Of a stretch of DNA of 64,000 nucleotides, positions 30,983 to 41,118 are shown in pieces. The notes below the pieces were generated by a model that was not told where the DNA came from, made no database searches, and saw only the letters and a program-made list of their open reading frames with translations. The DNA comes from a virus (lineage: Duplodnaviria; Caudoviricetes): positions 9,544 through 73,543 of IMG/VR virus record IMGVR_UViG_3300014656_000022; one strand, given 5' to 3'. Position numbers and translations under genes: made by a program. Positions within the stretch are counted from its first letter, which is position 1. Every line of letters starts with the position of its first letter.

Positions 30983-31894
30983 TCATTTGTGTTTGCGGCG
31001 TCTCTTTATTTTTTTCCTCTCTTCTAGAGCTTTTGCCATATCCTTTTTAAACTGAACCTTCTCTTGTTCTAATTTCTTTCTTAGATTCTCTTTATTTTTC
31101 TCTGCCCTCTCCTGAGCTATTCTGAGTCTATCTTCATCAGAGTAAATTACTATTTCTTTCCCTTCTTTTAACTGCTCTATATAGTCTTGATATACTCCTA
31201 CTGTTTGTTTAGCCATCATGATTTTATCATGGTCTGGGCCAAGTTCAGTATCGTGAGCTTGCATTTCCTTCTTGGTAATAATAGTTCTCTCAGTAGCTGT
31301 TGGTGGCAAAGGAGGAGGAACTAGAGGTTTTTGCTGGTCTTCATAGACTTGTTTAGGATTAACCATTCTGGGTGGTTTGATTCTTTGTTTTTGAGGTTCA
31401 GGAGAAAGTATTACTACGGGTTCAGTTAATATACCCGCCTGAATGAGCAATCTCTCTGCTTGTGCAACACGTATGACAAATGTGTCATAGTTCATACCAT
31501 ATACATCTTCTGGCTTATATGAAGGAAAAGCACGACAGATAGTTCCTACCATGTCATGTATTCCTGAATCAACTCGTCTCCTAGCTATATCTAAGTCCAG
31601 ATTAAATTGTTCAGCTGATGAGGGTCCTGAATATGCTCTAATAGCAGAAACAGTAGAGGATACTTCTCCCGCTGGAAGAAGATTAAAGAAGTCTAAATAG
31701 GACTGGTCTAATACACACTTTTTGAAGATTTCATCTTCTATTTGCTCATAAGGATAAGTCTTACTTCCAATGAGGTTTTCATATTCTAGATATTCTCCAA
31801 GAGTAAGGAGCCTAAATGGGATAGCTTTACCACCCGGGAGTTGGATGGCATATGCTGGACCATACTGCTCTCTGAGCCGCAGCAGCTCTTTCAT
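30983..31894 (-). CDS. Tail assembly chaperone-like protein 2 with charged C-terminal extension
   Basis: IPFRLLTLGEY...EDEIFKKCVL...AGEVSS parallels the upstream chaperone; lies between tube genes and TMP. Confidence 0.6.
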   Translation of the reverse strand: MKELLRLREQYGPAYAIQLPGGKAIPFRLLTLGEYLEYENLIGSKTYPYEQIEDEIFKKCVLDQSYLDFFNLLPAGEVSSTVSAIRAYSGPSSAEQFNLDLDIARRRVDSGIHDMVGTICRAFPSYKPEDVYGMNYDTFVIRVAQAERLLIQAGILTEPVVILSPEPQKQRIKPPRMVNPKQVYEDQQKPLVPPPLPPTATERTIITKKEMQAHDTELGPDHDKIMMAKQTVGVYQDYIEQLKEGKEIVIYSDEDRLRIAQERAEKNKENLRKKLEQEKVQFKKDMAKALEERKKIKRRRKHK

Positions 31895-31896
31895 TG

Positions 31897-32307
31897 TTAG
31901 AGCCGAGCAACTAACTGAGCAGCAACCTGAGGAGCAACAAAGTTAGACTGTTGCATAATTTGTTCGTGGAGAGTAGAAAAGCTTCCTGCTTTCCTTTGAA
32001 GAGCTTCCTTTCCACCTTGGGATACCCAGAGAAGACATTTCTTTACAACTGTTTCTTCTACAGCTAAAGCAGAAGTCTGCTGTTGAGATAGATCTATTTG
32101 GAGCTGGACAAACTCTTGCCTGCTTACTGGTCTCCAAATGAATAACTCTGTCTCTGAGAATCCTGATAGAAGAATTTCTCCATACTTCTGTTTCCAGGCC
32201 ACAATCTCTGTCTCTGCTGGTGCTCCTTCAAACCCTGCTAAAGCCTCTGTTAGCTTCCTTTCTGACGTTTGTTCCTCAACTGGTACTTGTTCTGTAGCTT
32301 CTTCCAT
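31897..32307 (-). CDS. Tail assembly chaperone-like protein 1
   Basis: IVAWKQKYG...FIWRPVSRQEF...EETVVKKCLL...AGSFSTL; size and position typical of a chaperone. Confidence 0.65.
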   Translation of the reverse strand: MEEATEQVPVEEQTSERKLTEALAGFEGAPAETEIVAWKQKYGEILLSGFSETELFIWRPVSRQEFVQLQIDLSQQQTSALAVEETVVKKCLLWVSQGGKEALQRKAGSFSTLHEQIMQQSNFVAPQVAAQLVARL

Positions 32308-32315
32308 AACCTCTC

Positions 32316-33101
32316 CTATTTGATATCTTTCGCAAAGAATTGATAGACTTCCTGTACAGGAGTTCCATCCATTCCTATTTGCTTAGAGTTTCCCAATATG
32401 TGTACATCTACGATCTTCTGGATAGTGTGATGAATACGATCATCTCCAACATAGTCTCCAAAAACGACGTAAATGTCAAATGGATTTAGCTTAGCAACGT
32501 CACACCTTCTATTGTCGGTAATATCGATAGTTCCACCATCGATTGCGTATGTAGTCTGGCCTTCTTTGCCCCAAACATAGTTCTCAAAGGCTTCAAAGAT
32601 ACTCTCTGCTCCCTTTGTCTCTCCTTCTTGCCTGGACCGATTCGAAAAGCCAGAAAGAGATAATTGGGCTTCTCTTGCAAGGGCTCCTAGATACTTGGTA
32701 TCCGAAGTGAGTGGATTATTTCCATTAACTACCTGTTCAATATTTCTATATTGAGCCATTTCTCGTGCTGGAACTCCTGATGGAAGACCGTCAGCGTTTC
32801 CATTAGTTGGGTCAAAGATAGGAACTTCACCATTCATAGCTTTATATCTATTCAGGATGAGCCATAGATATCCAGCTTCTTTGAAGTTAATAGAGAACTG
32901 ACCTTGGACGAGGACATTTCCTTTACTCACCGCGTCAAAGAGTTCAGATGCATAGCCATATAAAGGAGTCTTACTCTGATGGACAGCAAAGGATAAAGAA
33001 GTTAACTCATCTACTAGGACATCTCCTATATAAAGAGTGCATTGCGCACTTGAAAAAAAATCGTTATCGTAGACTCCTCTCCTACTTATCCAGTCACCCA
33101 T
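32316..33101 (-). CDS. Tail tube-like protein (paralogue 3)
   Basis: FFSSAQCTLYIGDVLVDELTSLSFAVHQSKTPLYGY...KGNVLVQGQF aligns with the tube gene's FSGVDMKAVFNNQVIAEIQAISYSVTREKAPLY...RGKRGIAGTL. Confidence 0.7.
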   Translation of the reverse strand: MGDWISRRGVYDNDFFSSAQCTLYIGDVLVDELTSLSFAVHQSKTPLYGYASELFDAVSKGNVLVQGQFSINFKEAGYLWLILNRYKAMNGEVPIFDPTNGNADGLPSGVPAREMAQYRNIEQVVNGNNPLTSDTKYLGALAREAQLSLSGFSNRSRQEGETKGAESIFEAFENYVWGKEGQTTYAIDGGTIDITDNRRCDVAKLNPFDIYVVFGDYVGDDRIHHTIQKIVDVHILGNSKQIGMDGTPVQEVYQFFAKDIK

Positions 33102-35444
33102 TTATCTACCTCTATACTTTCTTTGTATTCCAACTTTATTTAAATAGGCTAAATATTGGTCTCTCCCCGAAATTAGAAGACTGCTACCTGAAACCTCTTG
33201 TTTATTCAGCATATATCCTTTATCCAACTGAGATAGTTTTCTACGGCCGACAGCAGTCATAATATCTATATCTCTGGCTACAAATTGCATAACGCTTTCA
33301 CTAAGTAAGTCCTCAATAGAGAACGTTATACCATCGTTTACAAATTCGAGGCCATATATTCCCATTCTTGAGACGCTTCCATATTCATTAGCAAAAACAA
33401 TAGTACAGTCAATTGGAGGCAATTGGTCTGGGATTAGACTAGATAGTTCTGTATCTAAGATAGTTTCTCCATAATACTTTGCGTGGTCCATAGACCTGAG
33501 AAGAACAGCTAATGCATGCTCACTGAAGGTAGTAAATATCATACTACCAGCAATTGTATTATGTACTGCAATAAAATTACAAATAAACTGATGTCTATCT
33601 TCTACTTCTAGATCATAGACTGCTAATTTTCCAACTTGCTCTTTTTTAACGACCTTGATCTCTTGGTATTCTGGCGGTAGACTTGTTAATAAATCCGCAA
33701 TATGAGAATGGACCCAATAGTTAAGTTCTGAATCGTTAAGAACCCTAGCAATACTTAAAGCCCTTTTAATACTTAAGGGCCGGTTCTTTTGATAAAGATT
33801 AAACTTAATACCTAATTGCTTTGTGGGAAACCCTTGACGTTTGCTAGCCTTTTTAACTTCTGCAATAAATTCCTTGGGTTCTTCTGTTAAAATAGCTAGA
33901 CTTCGAGAAAGAATTAAGTCTTGGTAAGGTCTAATTCGCTCATCCTTACCAAAAATACCTACCAAGGAAACAAACTTATAAAGATTAAAGCTATCAGAAA
34001 TAACTAGTTTATATGCATCATGCTTGCTAATTATTGAAGGTCGACCTCCTACCTTTCCAACCTCTGCACTCTTGTTCTTAAGACAATGTATGCCTAACTT
34101 ACTTAACAACAATCTGACTCCATCTATTAATTCTTCAGATGTAGAACAATAAGATGCTTCTATGTATTTTAAGTCTTTAGATATTGAATATCCACCGTCG
34201 GTAGAAAAAAGATATTGGAGATAAAGAATAATTTGTCGTCTAGAGAGATTAGCTAAAAAATCATTAGGGACAAACTTCTGATGACTATATTTGTCATACA
34301 AGCCATATCGTAAAAGTGCTTCATGTAATGAATTATATTTTCTAAGCTTCCAGGATGTTTTACCTGTACCTGTACAAACGCTAATTCTTCTGTCTATACA
34401 ACCCTTTTTCTGAACATCTGTAAATGGTATTTCTAGAGACTTGAGGATATTACTAGTTTCCTCCCCAATAGTTAGCATCTCCTCGTTTTTAATAGATAAA
34501 GTAATCCGATGTTCGATACTATTATTTGCTTTTGGATATCGATGTAAACCCCCATCACCAGTTAACAATGCAATAAGTTTAAGTAAATAATCTGGGATAT
34601 CATTATCTTCTTCTGGAACGGGGGTATATCCGACAGATAATACCTTATCTCCGACAATTAGCTCGTTTGCCTTTGTCCAACCACTTGGAGTAAGAACAGG
34701 ATGATCACAAGAAGCTGAAAGAGTATATCCATTTTCAAACGTTAGCTTAACGCATTCTTTATATCTTTGAGCAAAAGACCCAAGTACCTTATTATAGGTT
34801 TTGGCTGTAGATTGTACTAAGTCTCCTGGCAAAACATCTGCTACACTTATATAGCCCCTATCTTTGACAAGTACTTTTTCTGTAGCAGGTAAACATCTTT
34901 GACCTCGACAATAACCCTTAACGTAGCTCTGTCCCATTGCTCGCACTGGATATTTCTCTCTATGAGATTGAACAGAGAGGGTTTGTAGAGTTGCTAGAGT
35001 AACGGTTTCTACATGGTCCTCAAGTGCTTGTTGTTGATTTAAAATGTACTCTTCTAAATGGCTTATCTCTTGTTCAAGCCTCACAACATCAGGATGATAA
35101 GTTGGGTCTGTAGGCCCACTTTGGTATCGATTAATAAGAGTCCTTCTACCCGCTATTTCACTTTCAATGTTGGTAATATCATCGTTGATTATTTTACTAT
35201 CACTATCTTGTACTTTATACATATGTACTACTACTTTGATATCTGCCCCGGCGTAAGAGCTTCCTAGCCAATCTATATAGGTATAGTCGTCCTTATATCC
35301 TCTTAGACTCTCAGAAAGTCTAGAGTTTCCTGCTCCATTTCTCAAATCAGTGAGACCAACATCAGTACTTTGTGTTCCAGCTTTAGAACTAATAGTTGGA
35401 ATTTTTACAGTTGAACTGGGAGGAGAAGATTTGTATTCAGTCAT
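33102..35444 (-). CDS. Tail tube-like protein (paralogue 2) with coiled-coil insert and intein
   Basis: YAGADIKVV...LQTLSVQSHREKYPVRAMG...RGQR|TIAGSMIF...LPPIDCTIVFANEYG matches the adjacent tube gene. Confidence 0.75.
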   Translation of the reverse strand: MTEYKSSPPSSTVKIPTISSKAGTQSTDVGLTDLRNGAGNSRLSESLRGYKDDYTYIDWLGSSYAGADIKVVVHMYKVQDSDSKIINDDITNIESEIAGRRTLINRYQSGPTDPTYHPDVVRLEQEISHLEEYILNQQQALEDHVETVTLATLQTLSVQSHREKYPVRAMGQSYVKGYCRGQRCLPATEKVLVKDRGYISVADVLPGDLVQSTAKTYNKVLGSFAQRYKECVKLTFENGYTLSASCDHPVLTPSGWTKANELIVGDKVLSVGYTPVPEEDNDIPDYLLKLIALLTGDGGLHRYPKANNSIEHRITLSIKNEEMLTIGEETSNILKSLEIPFTDVQKKGCIDRRISVCTGTGKTSWKLRKYNSLHEALLRYGLYDKYSHQKFVPNDFLANLSRRQIILYLQYLFSTDGGYSISKDLKYIEASYCSTSEELIDGVRLLLSKLGIHCLKNKSAEVGKVGGRPSIISKHDAYKLVISDSFNLYKFVSLVGIFGKDERIRPYQDLILSRSLAILTEEPKEFIAEVKKASKRQGFPTKQLGIKFNLYQKNRPLSIKRALSIARVLNDSELNYWVHSHIADLLTSLPPEYQEIKVVKKEQVGKLAVYDLEVEDRHQFICNFIAVHNTIAGSMIFTTFSEHALAVLLRSMDHAKYYGETILDTELSSLIPDQLPPIDCTIVFANEYGSVSRMGIYGLEFVNDGITFSIEDLLSESVMQFVARDIDIMTAVGRRKLSQLDKGYMLNKQEVSGSSLLISGRDQYLAYLNKVGIQRKYRGR
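33558..34895 (-). mobile_element. Intein with LAGLIDADG homing endonuclease (446 aa) in tube paralogue 2
   Basis: RGQR|CLPATEKV ... VYDLEVEDRHQFICNFIAVHN|TIAG; motifs LIALLTGDGG and YLQYLFSTDGG. Confidence 0.93.
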
Positions 35445-35447
35445 TAT

Positions 35448-35474
35448 GAAGAAAGTGAGGGGATTGGACCCTCA
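35448..35474 (-). terminator. Possible weak intrinsic terminator after the main tube gene
   Basis: Minus-strand tgaggg-tccaatc-ccctca hairpin followed by ctttcttc. Confidence 0.45.
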
Positions 35475-35480
35475 AAGAAA

Positions 35481-36173
35481 TTAGGAAGAAGTATTATACA
35501 ACTCATCTGTCTTTGGACTTCTTACAGGCTGCCAAGGACTTATAGTTCTTGCAACATAGGTATTCTGCATTTCTGAAACGATATCATCAATGCTTACACC
35601 ATAGCCTTCATTCAAAATCTCAGCTCCATAGATACGCATTACAGCAAAGCTTCCATATTCATTAGCAGCTGCAAGAGTAATATCAAATGGAGGAATCTGG
35701 TCAGTAAACCATGGAGCACGGGCAGCTTGGTCTCCGTCAACACTAGTAATATTACTTTCGCCAAGAGTGACTGCATATTCATCCCAATCAATTGGAGAAC
35801 CAGGATCATTTACAGTAGCAATTGGAACCTGAGTGAGTAAATCATTAGTACTAGTATTAGGAATAAAGTCATCCAAATCAGACATAAATGGTAAATATGC
35901 TCTACCATCTTTCTCTGCTATGACACCAAAAGCATCTAGAAGAGCATGTCTATCAAACATTAGGAAGATGAGAGTCCCTGCAATACCCCTCTTACCCCGT
36001 GAGAAGCTACGAGGATCAGCAGAGCCCATTGTGTACAGAGGAGCTTTCTCCCGAGTAACACTGTAACTAATTGCCTGAATTTCAGCAATCACTTGATTGT
36101 TGAACACAGCCTTCATGTCTACACCACTAAAGCTGTGATATCCTCTGGCAAACTGTGAAACTTGACCAGCCAT
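35481..36173 (-). CDS. Major tail tube protein
   Basis: Directly after the sheath gene; FSGVD..., EIQAISYSVTREKAPLYTMG, FSRGKRGIAGTLIF, IPPFDITLAAANEYG; ggagg RBS upstream. Confidence 0.8.
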   Translation of the reverse strand: MAGQVSQFARGYHSFSGVDMKAVFNNQVIAEIQAISYSVTREKAPLYTMGSADPRSFSRGKRGIAGTLIFLMFDRHALLDAFGVIAEKDGRAYLPFMSDLDDFIPNTSTNDLLTQVPIATVNDPGSPIDWDEYAVTLGESNITSVDGDQAARAPWFTDQIPPFDITLAAANEYGSFAVMRIYGAEILNEGYGVSIDDIVSEMQNTYVARTISPWQPVRSPKTDELYNTSS

Positions 36174-36183
36174 TTATTCCTCC

Positions 36184-38061
36184 TTATACCGCAGCTAGAG
36201 CTACGACAATAGTAATTCTACGTAACTCAAATGCTGGTACTAATTTTAGTTCAAGAGTTGCTTGACCAAGAACGCGCTGAGCAGGAGTAATAATCAGATT
36301 GTATTCGTATCTCCTGATTAGCTTATTCTTTACAGATAATTGGAGTGATTTTCCAATTGCAGTATCTAGCGCAGCAACTTGAGCACCAGATAAATCTTCA
36401 CCAAGATATACATCACACTTAACCCGAATATCATCTATAGTTGCCTTTACCTGGCGAACAGTAGAGAGTCTCTGATAATCACTATCAGGTCTCGCAGCTG
36501 TAGGAGCATCTGTTACAACAATTCCCTTTGGCTTTTGATGGAAAGTAACATATCTCTTCCCAGCTAGAAGATCGAGTTTGGTTAGTCTCAACCTTGCTGG
36601 TAGTCTCACACCAGGAACAACCTTATTCATTGGCGAGCTAGAAGCAGGAAGCTTAGAATAGAAACCTGCATATACAGCTGCACCAGTAGCGTTATATGCT
36701 GTAGTCTGAGATGGATTTGCTAGGACAGCATAACTTGCAACGATATTAATATATTTGCCAATATCAATTAGATGATCATTGTCATCTTTTTGCTGTGTAC
36801 CATCAATAAATCCATCATCGGTTGCAATAAATCCACCACCAGCAAGACCTTCTACACCATCAATTACATGACCAGGGATGCCACCAGAAGTAATCTTTCC
36901 AGCCATCCATTTGTTTCCTAGAAGACCAGTCCCATTGACAGATACAACAGACCTTCCAGAACCGTCTGTGGTTAGAGTAGGAACAGTGCCTACCCAAGCA
37001 GACATCCCGACTGGAGCAAAAGAAGCAGGTGGAAGAACACCAATGTTTCCAGTAACGTCTACGCTATTCTGAGCCATATTCCAACAGAAATTAGCCATTT
37101 GGTGAGCAAAGTTTACTTCATGGAAGTCACTGAAAGTCAGAGCTGTTCCATCTGTTTTCAGAGTTGAGCTAGCAGATCCAGCAGAAGGATAGAGTTGTGC
37201 TCCTGAGAAACTATTCAGGAGAGTTGGATCAGCAGGGAACCACCACCAGAAATAATTCTTACCTAAATATTCTTCTGTATAGACTCTTCCAAGAACATCA
37301 TCAGTTGCTCCTGGATCAGGATAAGTAGAAATAGCGGTAAGAGTCCTAGTAGTAATAGTAGCTGCAGCCATATCCATTACATTGAGATCATCCATGTAGA
37401 CATTCATTGGTACAACAATGTCAATGTCTGCATCTTCGAGGTTCTGATAAGCTGTATAGAGAGCTTCCCACATTTCCATTCTTGAGAGATTTAGTCCATC
37501 TGTACCAGCCGTATAACTAGCACCAGAGACGCCTTCTGCGGCTGCAAGAGTTACAGGAACCGCAAGAGTTCCAATATCGTTAGCTCCAGTAGTAGCTGTA
37601 CCAGTTACACTTACCTCGGTAAGGTCAACTCTTTCATCTGGATAGGAAGGATAGTTATCATAAACTAACTCTCCATCTGATACGCGCCAAACACGAAGAC
37701 GAAGTTCTGTATCATCCCAGAAAATTTCGTAGTCTGTACCAGCAGAGTCATCCTTAGCGATAGTCTCAATAGTTAGTCCGGTTCCTACAGTAGCTAGAAC
37801 AGCTGAAGTAGCACCGACACGATATAGATTGGGATTCTTTGCCCCACCTTGGGTAGCCTCATAGAGACCACGAATGAGATTACCGCTCTTAGCAAATAGT
37901 CTCACACTATCAGATGCCCTCTGAACTCTATGTAGAGTATCTGAAACACCCTGTGAGGCAGTTCCTAGGACTAAAGTAACTGGGTCAGAACTAACGGGGA
38001 GAACAATAAGATTACCATCTTGTTCTTCTTTATATACACCCGAGAGATATGTAAAAGCCAT
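36184..38061 (-). CDS. Tail sheath protein (contractile tail)
   Basis: MAFTYLSGVYKEEQD N-terminus, TLVLGTASQG, YTAGTDG; C-terminus VVTDAPT...DYQRLSTVR...LKLVPAFELRRITI. Confidence 0.9.
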   Translation of the reverse strand: MAFTYLSGVYKEEQDGNLIVLPVSSDPVTLVLGTASQGVSDTLHRVQRASDSVRLFAKSGNLIRGLYEATQGGAKNPNLYRVGATSAVLATVGTGLTIETIAKDDSAGTDYEIFWDDTELRLRVWRVSDGELVYDNYPSYPDERVDLTEVSVTGTATTGANDIGTLAVPVTLAAAEGVSGASYTAGTDGLNLSRMEMWEALYTAYQNLEDADIDIVVPMNVYMDDLNVMDMAAATITTRTLTAISTYPDPGATDDVLGRVYTEEYLGKNYFWWWFPADPTLLNSFSGAQLYPSAGSASSTLKTDGTALTFSDFHEVNFAHQMANFCWNMAQNSVDVTGNIGVLPPASFAPVGMSAWVGTVPTLTTDGSGRSVVSVNGTGLLGNKWMAGKITSGGIPGHVIDGVEGLAGGGFIATDDGFIDGTQQKDDNDHLIDIGKYINIVASYAVLANPSQTTAYNATGAAVYAGFYSKLPASSSPMNKVVPGVRLPARLRLTKLDLLAGKRYVTFHQKPKGIVVTDAPTAARPDSDYQRLSTVRQVKATIDDIRVKCDVYLGEDLSGAQVAALDTAIGKSLQLSVKNKLIRRYEYNLIITPAQRVLGQATLELKLVPAFELRRITIVVALAAV

Positions 38062-38064
38062 CTG

Positions 38065-38787
38065 TTATTCCTCCAAAAAGTCTCTCTTGGTCACGAGAGT
38101 AATAATGATTTCCTCCAGTGTTTTTTCACTCGTAGTCTTCAGTTTCTCTGTTCTGACAAAATAGTCAATCGGTCTACCATACCATTTGTTATCTTTTACC
38201 GTAACTACAATATCATTACTTTGCCCTTTGTATATCACTCTCTGAATACCACTTATGACAAACCACCAGGTATAGTCATCCATGAGATTTTCAAACCATT
38301 CGGCACGCTGATTAGCAACTTTATTTGTACGTGCCCAACATGTGAAACGAACAATATTGTCATACCACATGCCAGTAATCATTTTCTTATATCCAGGAAA
38401 CGTTGGGTCATCTAGTGACTCACGTAATCTGGGTCTCAGATTTTTTACATCTCCCTCTCCAGGGGCCCCCTGAGAAAAGGACCCTGGTTCTCGTTTCATG
38501 AGAGAAAATGTAATTGTTGGTGTCTCATTCTCAAAATCTGGTTCCTCTTCTGTAAAATTAACTTTGTTTATATCGAGTGTTCCAGCTCTGGTTTCATAGT
38601 TGACAATAGCTTGACGTACTAGTTCATAGAACTCCTTGAGGCTCTTTACTGTCCCGGGAGTCTTTATCCGAGTAGTCATCCTTGGAGCTTCAATAGTCTG
38701 ACTCTTTAAGAAGTCATATATAGTATTGACTTGAATCCTAACTTGACTCTCAGTTAAACTACTATTTAGTAAGTCTTCTAATGCCAT
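38065..38787 (-). CDS. Putative tail terminator / neck protein
   Basis: Position immediately before the sheath; VRFTCWARTNKVANQRAEWFENLM pattern. Confidence 0.5.
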   Translation of the reverse strand: MALEDLLNSSLTESQVRIQVNTIYDFLKSQTIEAPRMTTRIKTPGTVKSLKEFYELVRQAIVNYETRAGTLDINKVNFTEEEPDFENETPTITFSLMKREPGSFSQGAPGEGDVKNLRPRLRESLDDPTFPGYKKMITGMWYDNIVRFTCWARTNKVANQRAEWFENLMDDYTWWFVISGIQRVIYKGQSNDIVVTVKDNKWYGRPIDYFVRTEKLKTTSEKTLEEIIITLVTKRDFLEE

Positions 38788-39387
38788 TTATCCAACAGAC
38801 CCATTGAGAAACTTTGTTTTCTGTTTATGGGCCGCAACCTTCCAAAATTCTAATCTACCTTCATCTGCTCGGAAATCTATGAGACTCTCTATTCTATAGA
38901 GAATAGTCCTTCTATAGGGAAGGACTGGACTTCCTTCATTATCTAGGGCAATTTCTACAATTCTATCCTTCTCAGTTATATCTACCCTAGAACGAATATA
39001 GAATATCACGAGAGGAATATTGAGCAAGCTTGGTACTGTAGGTACTACTCTTGTAGCTAAGGAAGAATCTCCCTCTAGGATAACTTTATAGGTATCTACG
39101 AGGATTTCGTCCCAAAAATATCCTTCCCCGAAACAGAAAGTGCAAAATGTATCTATATCAGGTTCTCCAGTCAAAGGGGATTTACATGGACAAGGAGTAA
39201 GGTCCCCATTGTTATCTCTTCTCATCTTGCGAAGAGCAACAGGTCTTGCCTTGGCAATTTCAGGCCATTTTCCATCAAACATATTGTTTAGCTCTTCTCT
39301 CATAGAAGGCTCTGTTCGACCGCTATAATAAGGGTCTGAAAGGCTCGTATCTATTGTGTATGGGTTCCAAATAGCCATTTCTACCAC
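38788..39387 (-). CDS. Putative head-closure (stopper) protein
   Basis: CPC...CTFCFGEG cysteine motif and neck position. Confidence 0.5.
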   Translation of the reverse strand: MVEMAIWNPYTIDTSLSDPYYSGRTEPSMREELNNMFDGKWPEIAKARPVALRKMRRDNNGDLTPCPCKSPLTGEPDIDTFCTFCFGEGYFWDEILVDTYKVILEGDSSLATRVVPTVPSLLNIPLVIFYIRSRVDITEKDRIVEIALDNEGSPVLPYRRTILYRIESLIDFRADEGRLEFWKVAAHKQKTKFLNGSVG

Positions 39388-40361
39388 CAGCGTTTGACAT
39401 ATGTCTTCTTATAGCGTCGTCTATATAATTGACCCTGTTGGTTATTTGTAGCGGGAATTCGCCTATTTACACCTCCGTCACTATCACCTTCCCATATCCT
39501 CGCTGGAGCAATCCTATCTGGGTCATATATACCCTTGATAACCATTGAGGGTTGAGAAGACTTCTTTGCTTGACCTCTAGAAAGAACTTGCGGTTCCCAG
39601 CGCGCCATACAGTTACGGAGATCATCCATTGTATTCTGGAGACCTCTAGTGTCATACTCCACTGATAAATCGGCTAGAGATTTACTACGAAGGATATTTG
39701 AAGCAGTGTTCTGTAGAAGCATATATGATGCAAGACAGGTAACATATTCTCTACGCGCGTGATCAAATAAAGAGCTGTCACTAGTAGTTGTAGCCCAAGT
39801 TAGGGCATCTGCTTCTATACTTGCTTCTAGATTAGCTAGTTGAAGAGTGTCATCAGGGATATTCCTTATATATGCCCCGACCTTGAGCCTCATCTTTCTT
39901 GTGCTCGTATATGCAGGACTTATAGTAGTTAAGAAGTTAAACGAGTATTCTCCATCCATGCTGGTTCCATCCAGAGCTTGTAAACCAGAGACAATATTAA
40001 CTTCTACAAAGTTATTATTATACAGTTGACTGGGAAGCTCATAGATAACTCCAGAAGCAGTTACATCAAAGGAGAAAAGTGCGGAGATACGTTGTACAGT
40101 CAGGTCTCCATTCCATTGATGTTTCCAAGTTCCTCCTGGCCCAGAGAGGGGAACAGTATAGTCATAGCTATATATCCCATCTCCAAGATAGGTAGGTATA
40201 CCAGAAGCTACTGTAGCATTAGCGGGTAAGTAGACCTCTACTGTTGGGTCATAGATATTGAGATGAGGATATGTTACTTCAGCTGTATCTCCCAAGTCAT
40301 CTTTAAATTGACTACGGAGGGTAATAATCTGACCAGCTCTGACTTCATGTTGACTTGTCAT
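39381..40361 (-). CDS. Putative head-tail adaptor with N-terminal Ig-like domain
   Basis: YLGDGIYSYDYTVP...GTWKHQW Ig-like half, then adaptor-like helical region (ARREYVTCLASY...KSLADLSVEY). Confidence 0.5.
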   Translation of the reverse strand: MTSQHEVRAGQIITLRSQFKDDLGDTAEVTYPHLNIYDPTVEVYLPANATVASGIPTYLGDGIYSYDYTVPLSGPGGTWKHQWNGDLTVQRISALFSFDVTASGVIYELPSQLYNNNFVEVNIVSGLQALDGTSMDGEYSFNFLTTISPAYTSTRKMRLKVGAYIRNIPDDTLQLANLEASIEADALTWATTTSDSSLFDHARREYVTCLASYMLLQNTASNILRSKSLADLSVEYDTRGLQNTMDDLRNCMARWEPQVLSRGQAKKSSQPSMVIKGIYDPDRIAPARIWEGDSDGGVNRRIPATNNQQGQLYRRRYKKTYVKRWW

Positions 40362-40370
40362 TTTCCCTCC

Positions 40371-41117
40371 TTAGATTTTAATCTTTAGATACTTCCCGTC
40401 TAGCTCAAACAGCTTAAATAAGTTTCCTACTGCTTGAGCATTTACAGAAGGATGATCTGTTGCAACAGAAGTAACTACTTCAATAGCATTATTATTTACA
40501 CTATCAGGATCTACTTCTTTGTTAAATTCAATTACTATTTCCTCTAGGTCTGTATCCTGCTCTATTGTATGATTTGCAGGAGTGGTCTTAACAATAGTAA
40601 GAGGTCCTGCAGTAGTTGTAAAATTTATTGCTTGTGGACTAGAAGCTAAGATAGATGTTGAGATAGTAGATGGAAGTGTTTCTATTGATCCACTTCCTGT
40701 AGTAAATCCCCAACTAATGAATCCAGATACAGTATTACCGTCATTATCTAATGGAGCTGATATGTTTACGTAATATTCGGTATGTGGAGCTAATGGTCTA
40801 GTTGGAGTAAATGTTAATCTAGTGGACACTCCAGAAACTACATCAAATGAGTATTCCCCCTGAACAATCCCCCTATATCCTGGAGACATGAGAAAGTCAT
40901 CTAAGTCTCCCTGAGAGACATTATCTGGTTCTATTAGTAGAGCTAATCCTTCTCCTACAAACTGGTCTGTGTCTGGCCCTTCAACAAAAAAGTTTTCTTC
41001 TAAGTCATCTGTATCCATATGCAAATCAAAGTCTGTCCAGACTGCGCTTGCAAGTGGAACGTTGACCCCAGAAGCAGGGGGGAAATAATCACTGATAATG
41101 TCTGCCAGATTGGCCAT
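40371..41117 (-). CDS. Virion protein with two SbsA-like Ig (Big_5) domains
   Basis: YFPPASGVNVPL...LTFTPTRPLAPHTEYYVNI...WGFTTG and IVKTTPAN...IVIEFNKEVDPDSV. Confidence 0.7.
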   Translation of the reverse strand: MANLADIISDYFPPASGVNVPLASAVWTDFDLHMDTDDLEENFFVEGPDTDQFVGEGLALLIEPDNVSQGDLDDFLMSPGYRGIVQGEYSFDVVSGVSTRLTFTPTRPLAPHTEYYVNISAPLDNDGNTVSGFISWGFTTGSGSIETLPSTISTSILASSPQAINFTTTAGPLTIVKTTPANHTIEQDTDLEEIVIEFNKEVDPDSVNNNAIEVVTSVATDHPSVNAQAVGNLFKLFELDGKYLKIKI

Positions 41118-41118
41118 A

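Noticed and set aside
31890-31930. Programmed frameshift linking the two tail chaperones
   Set aside because: No slippery heptamer before the stop, and the second gene has its own ATG
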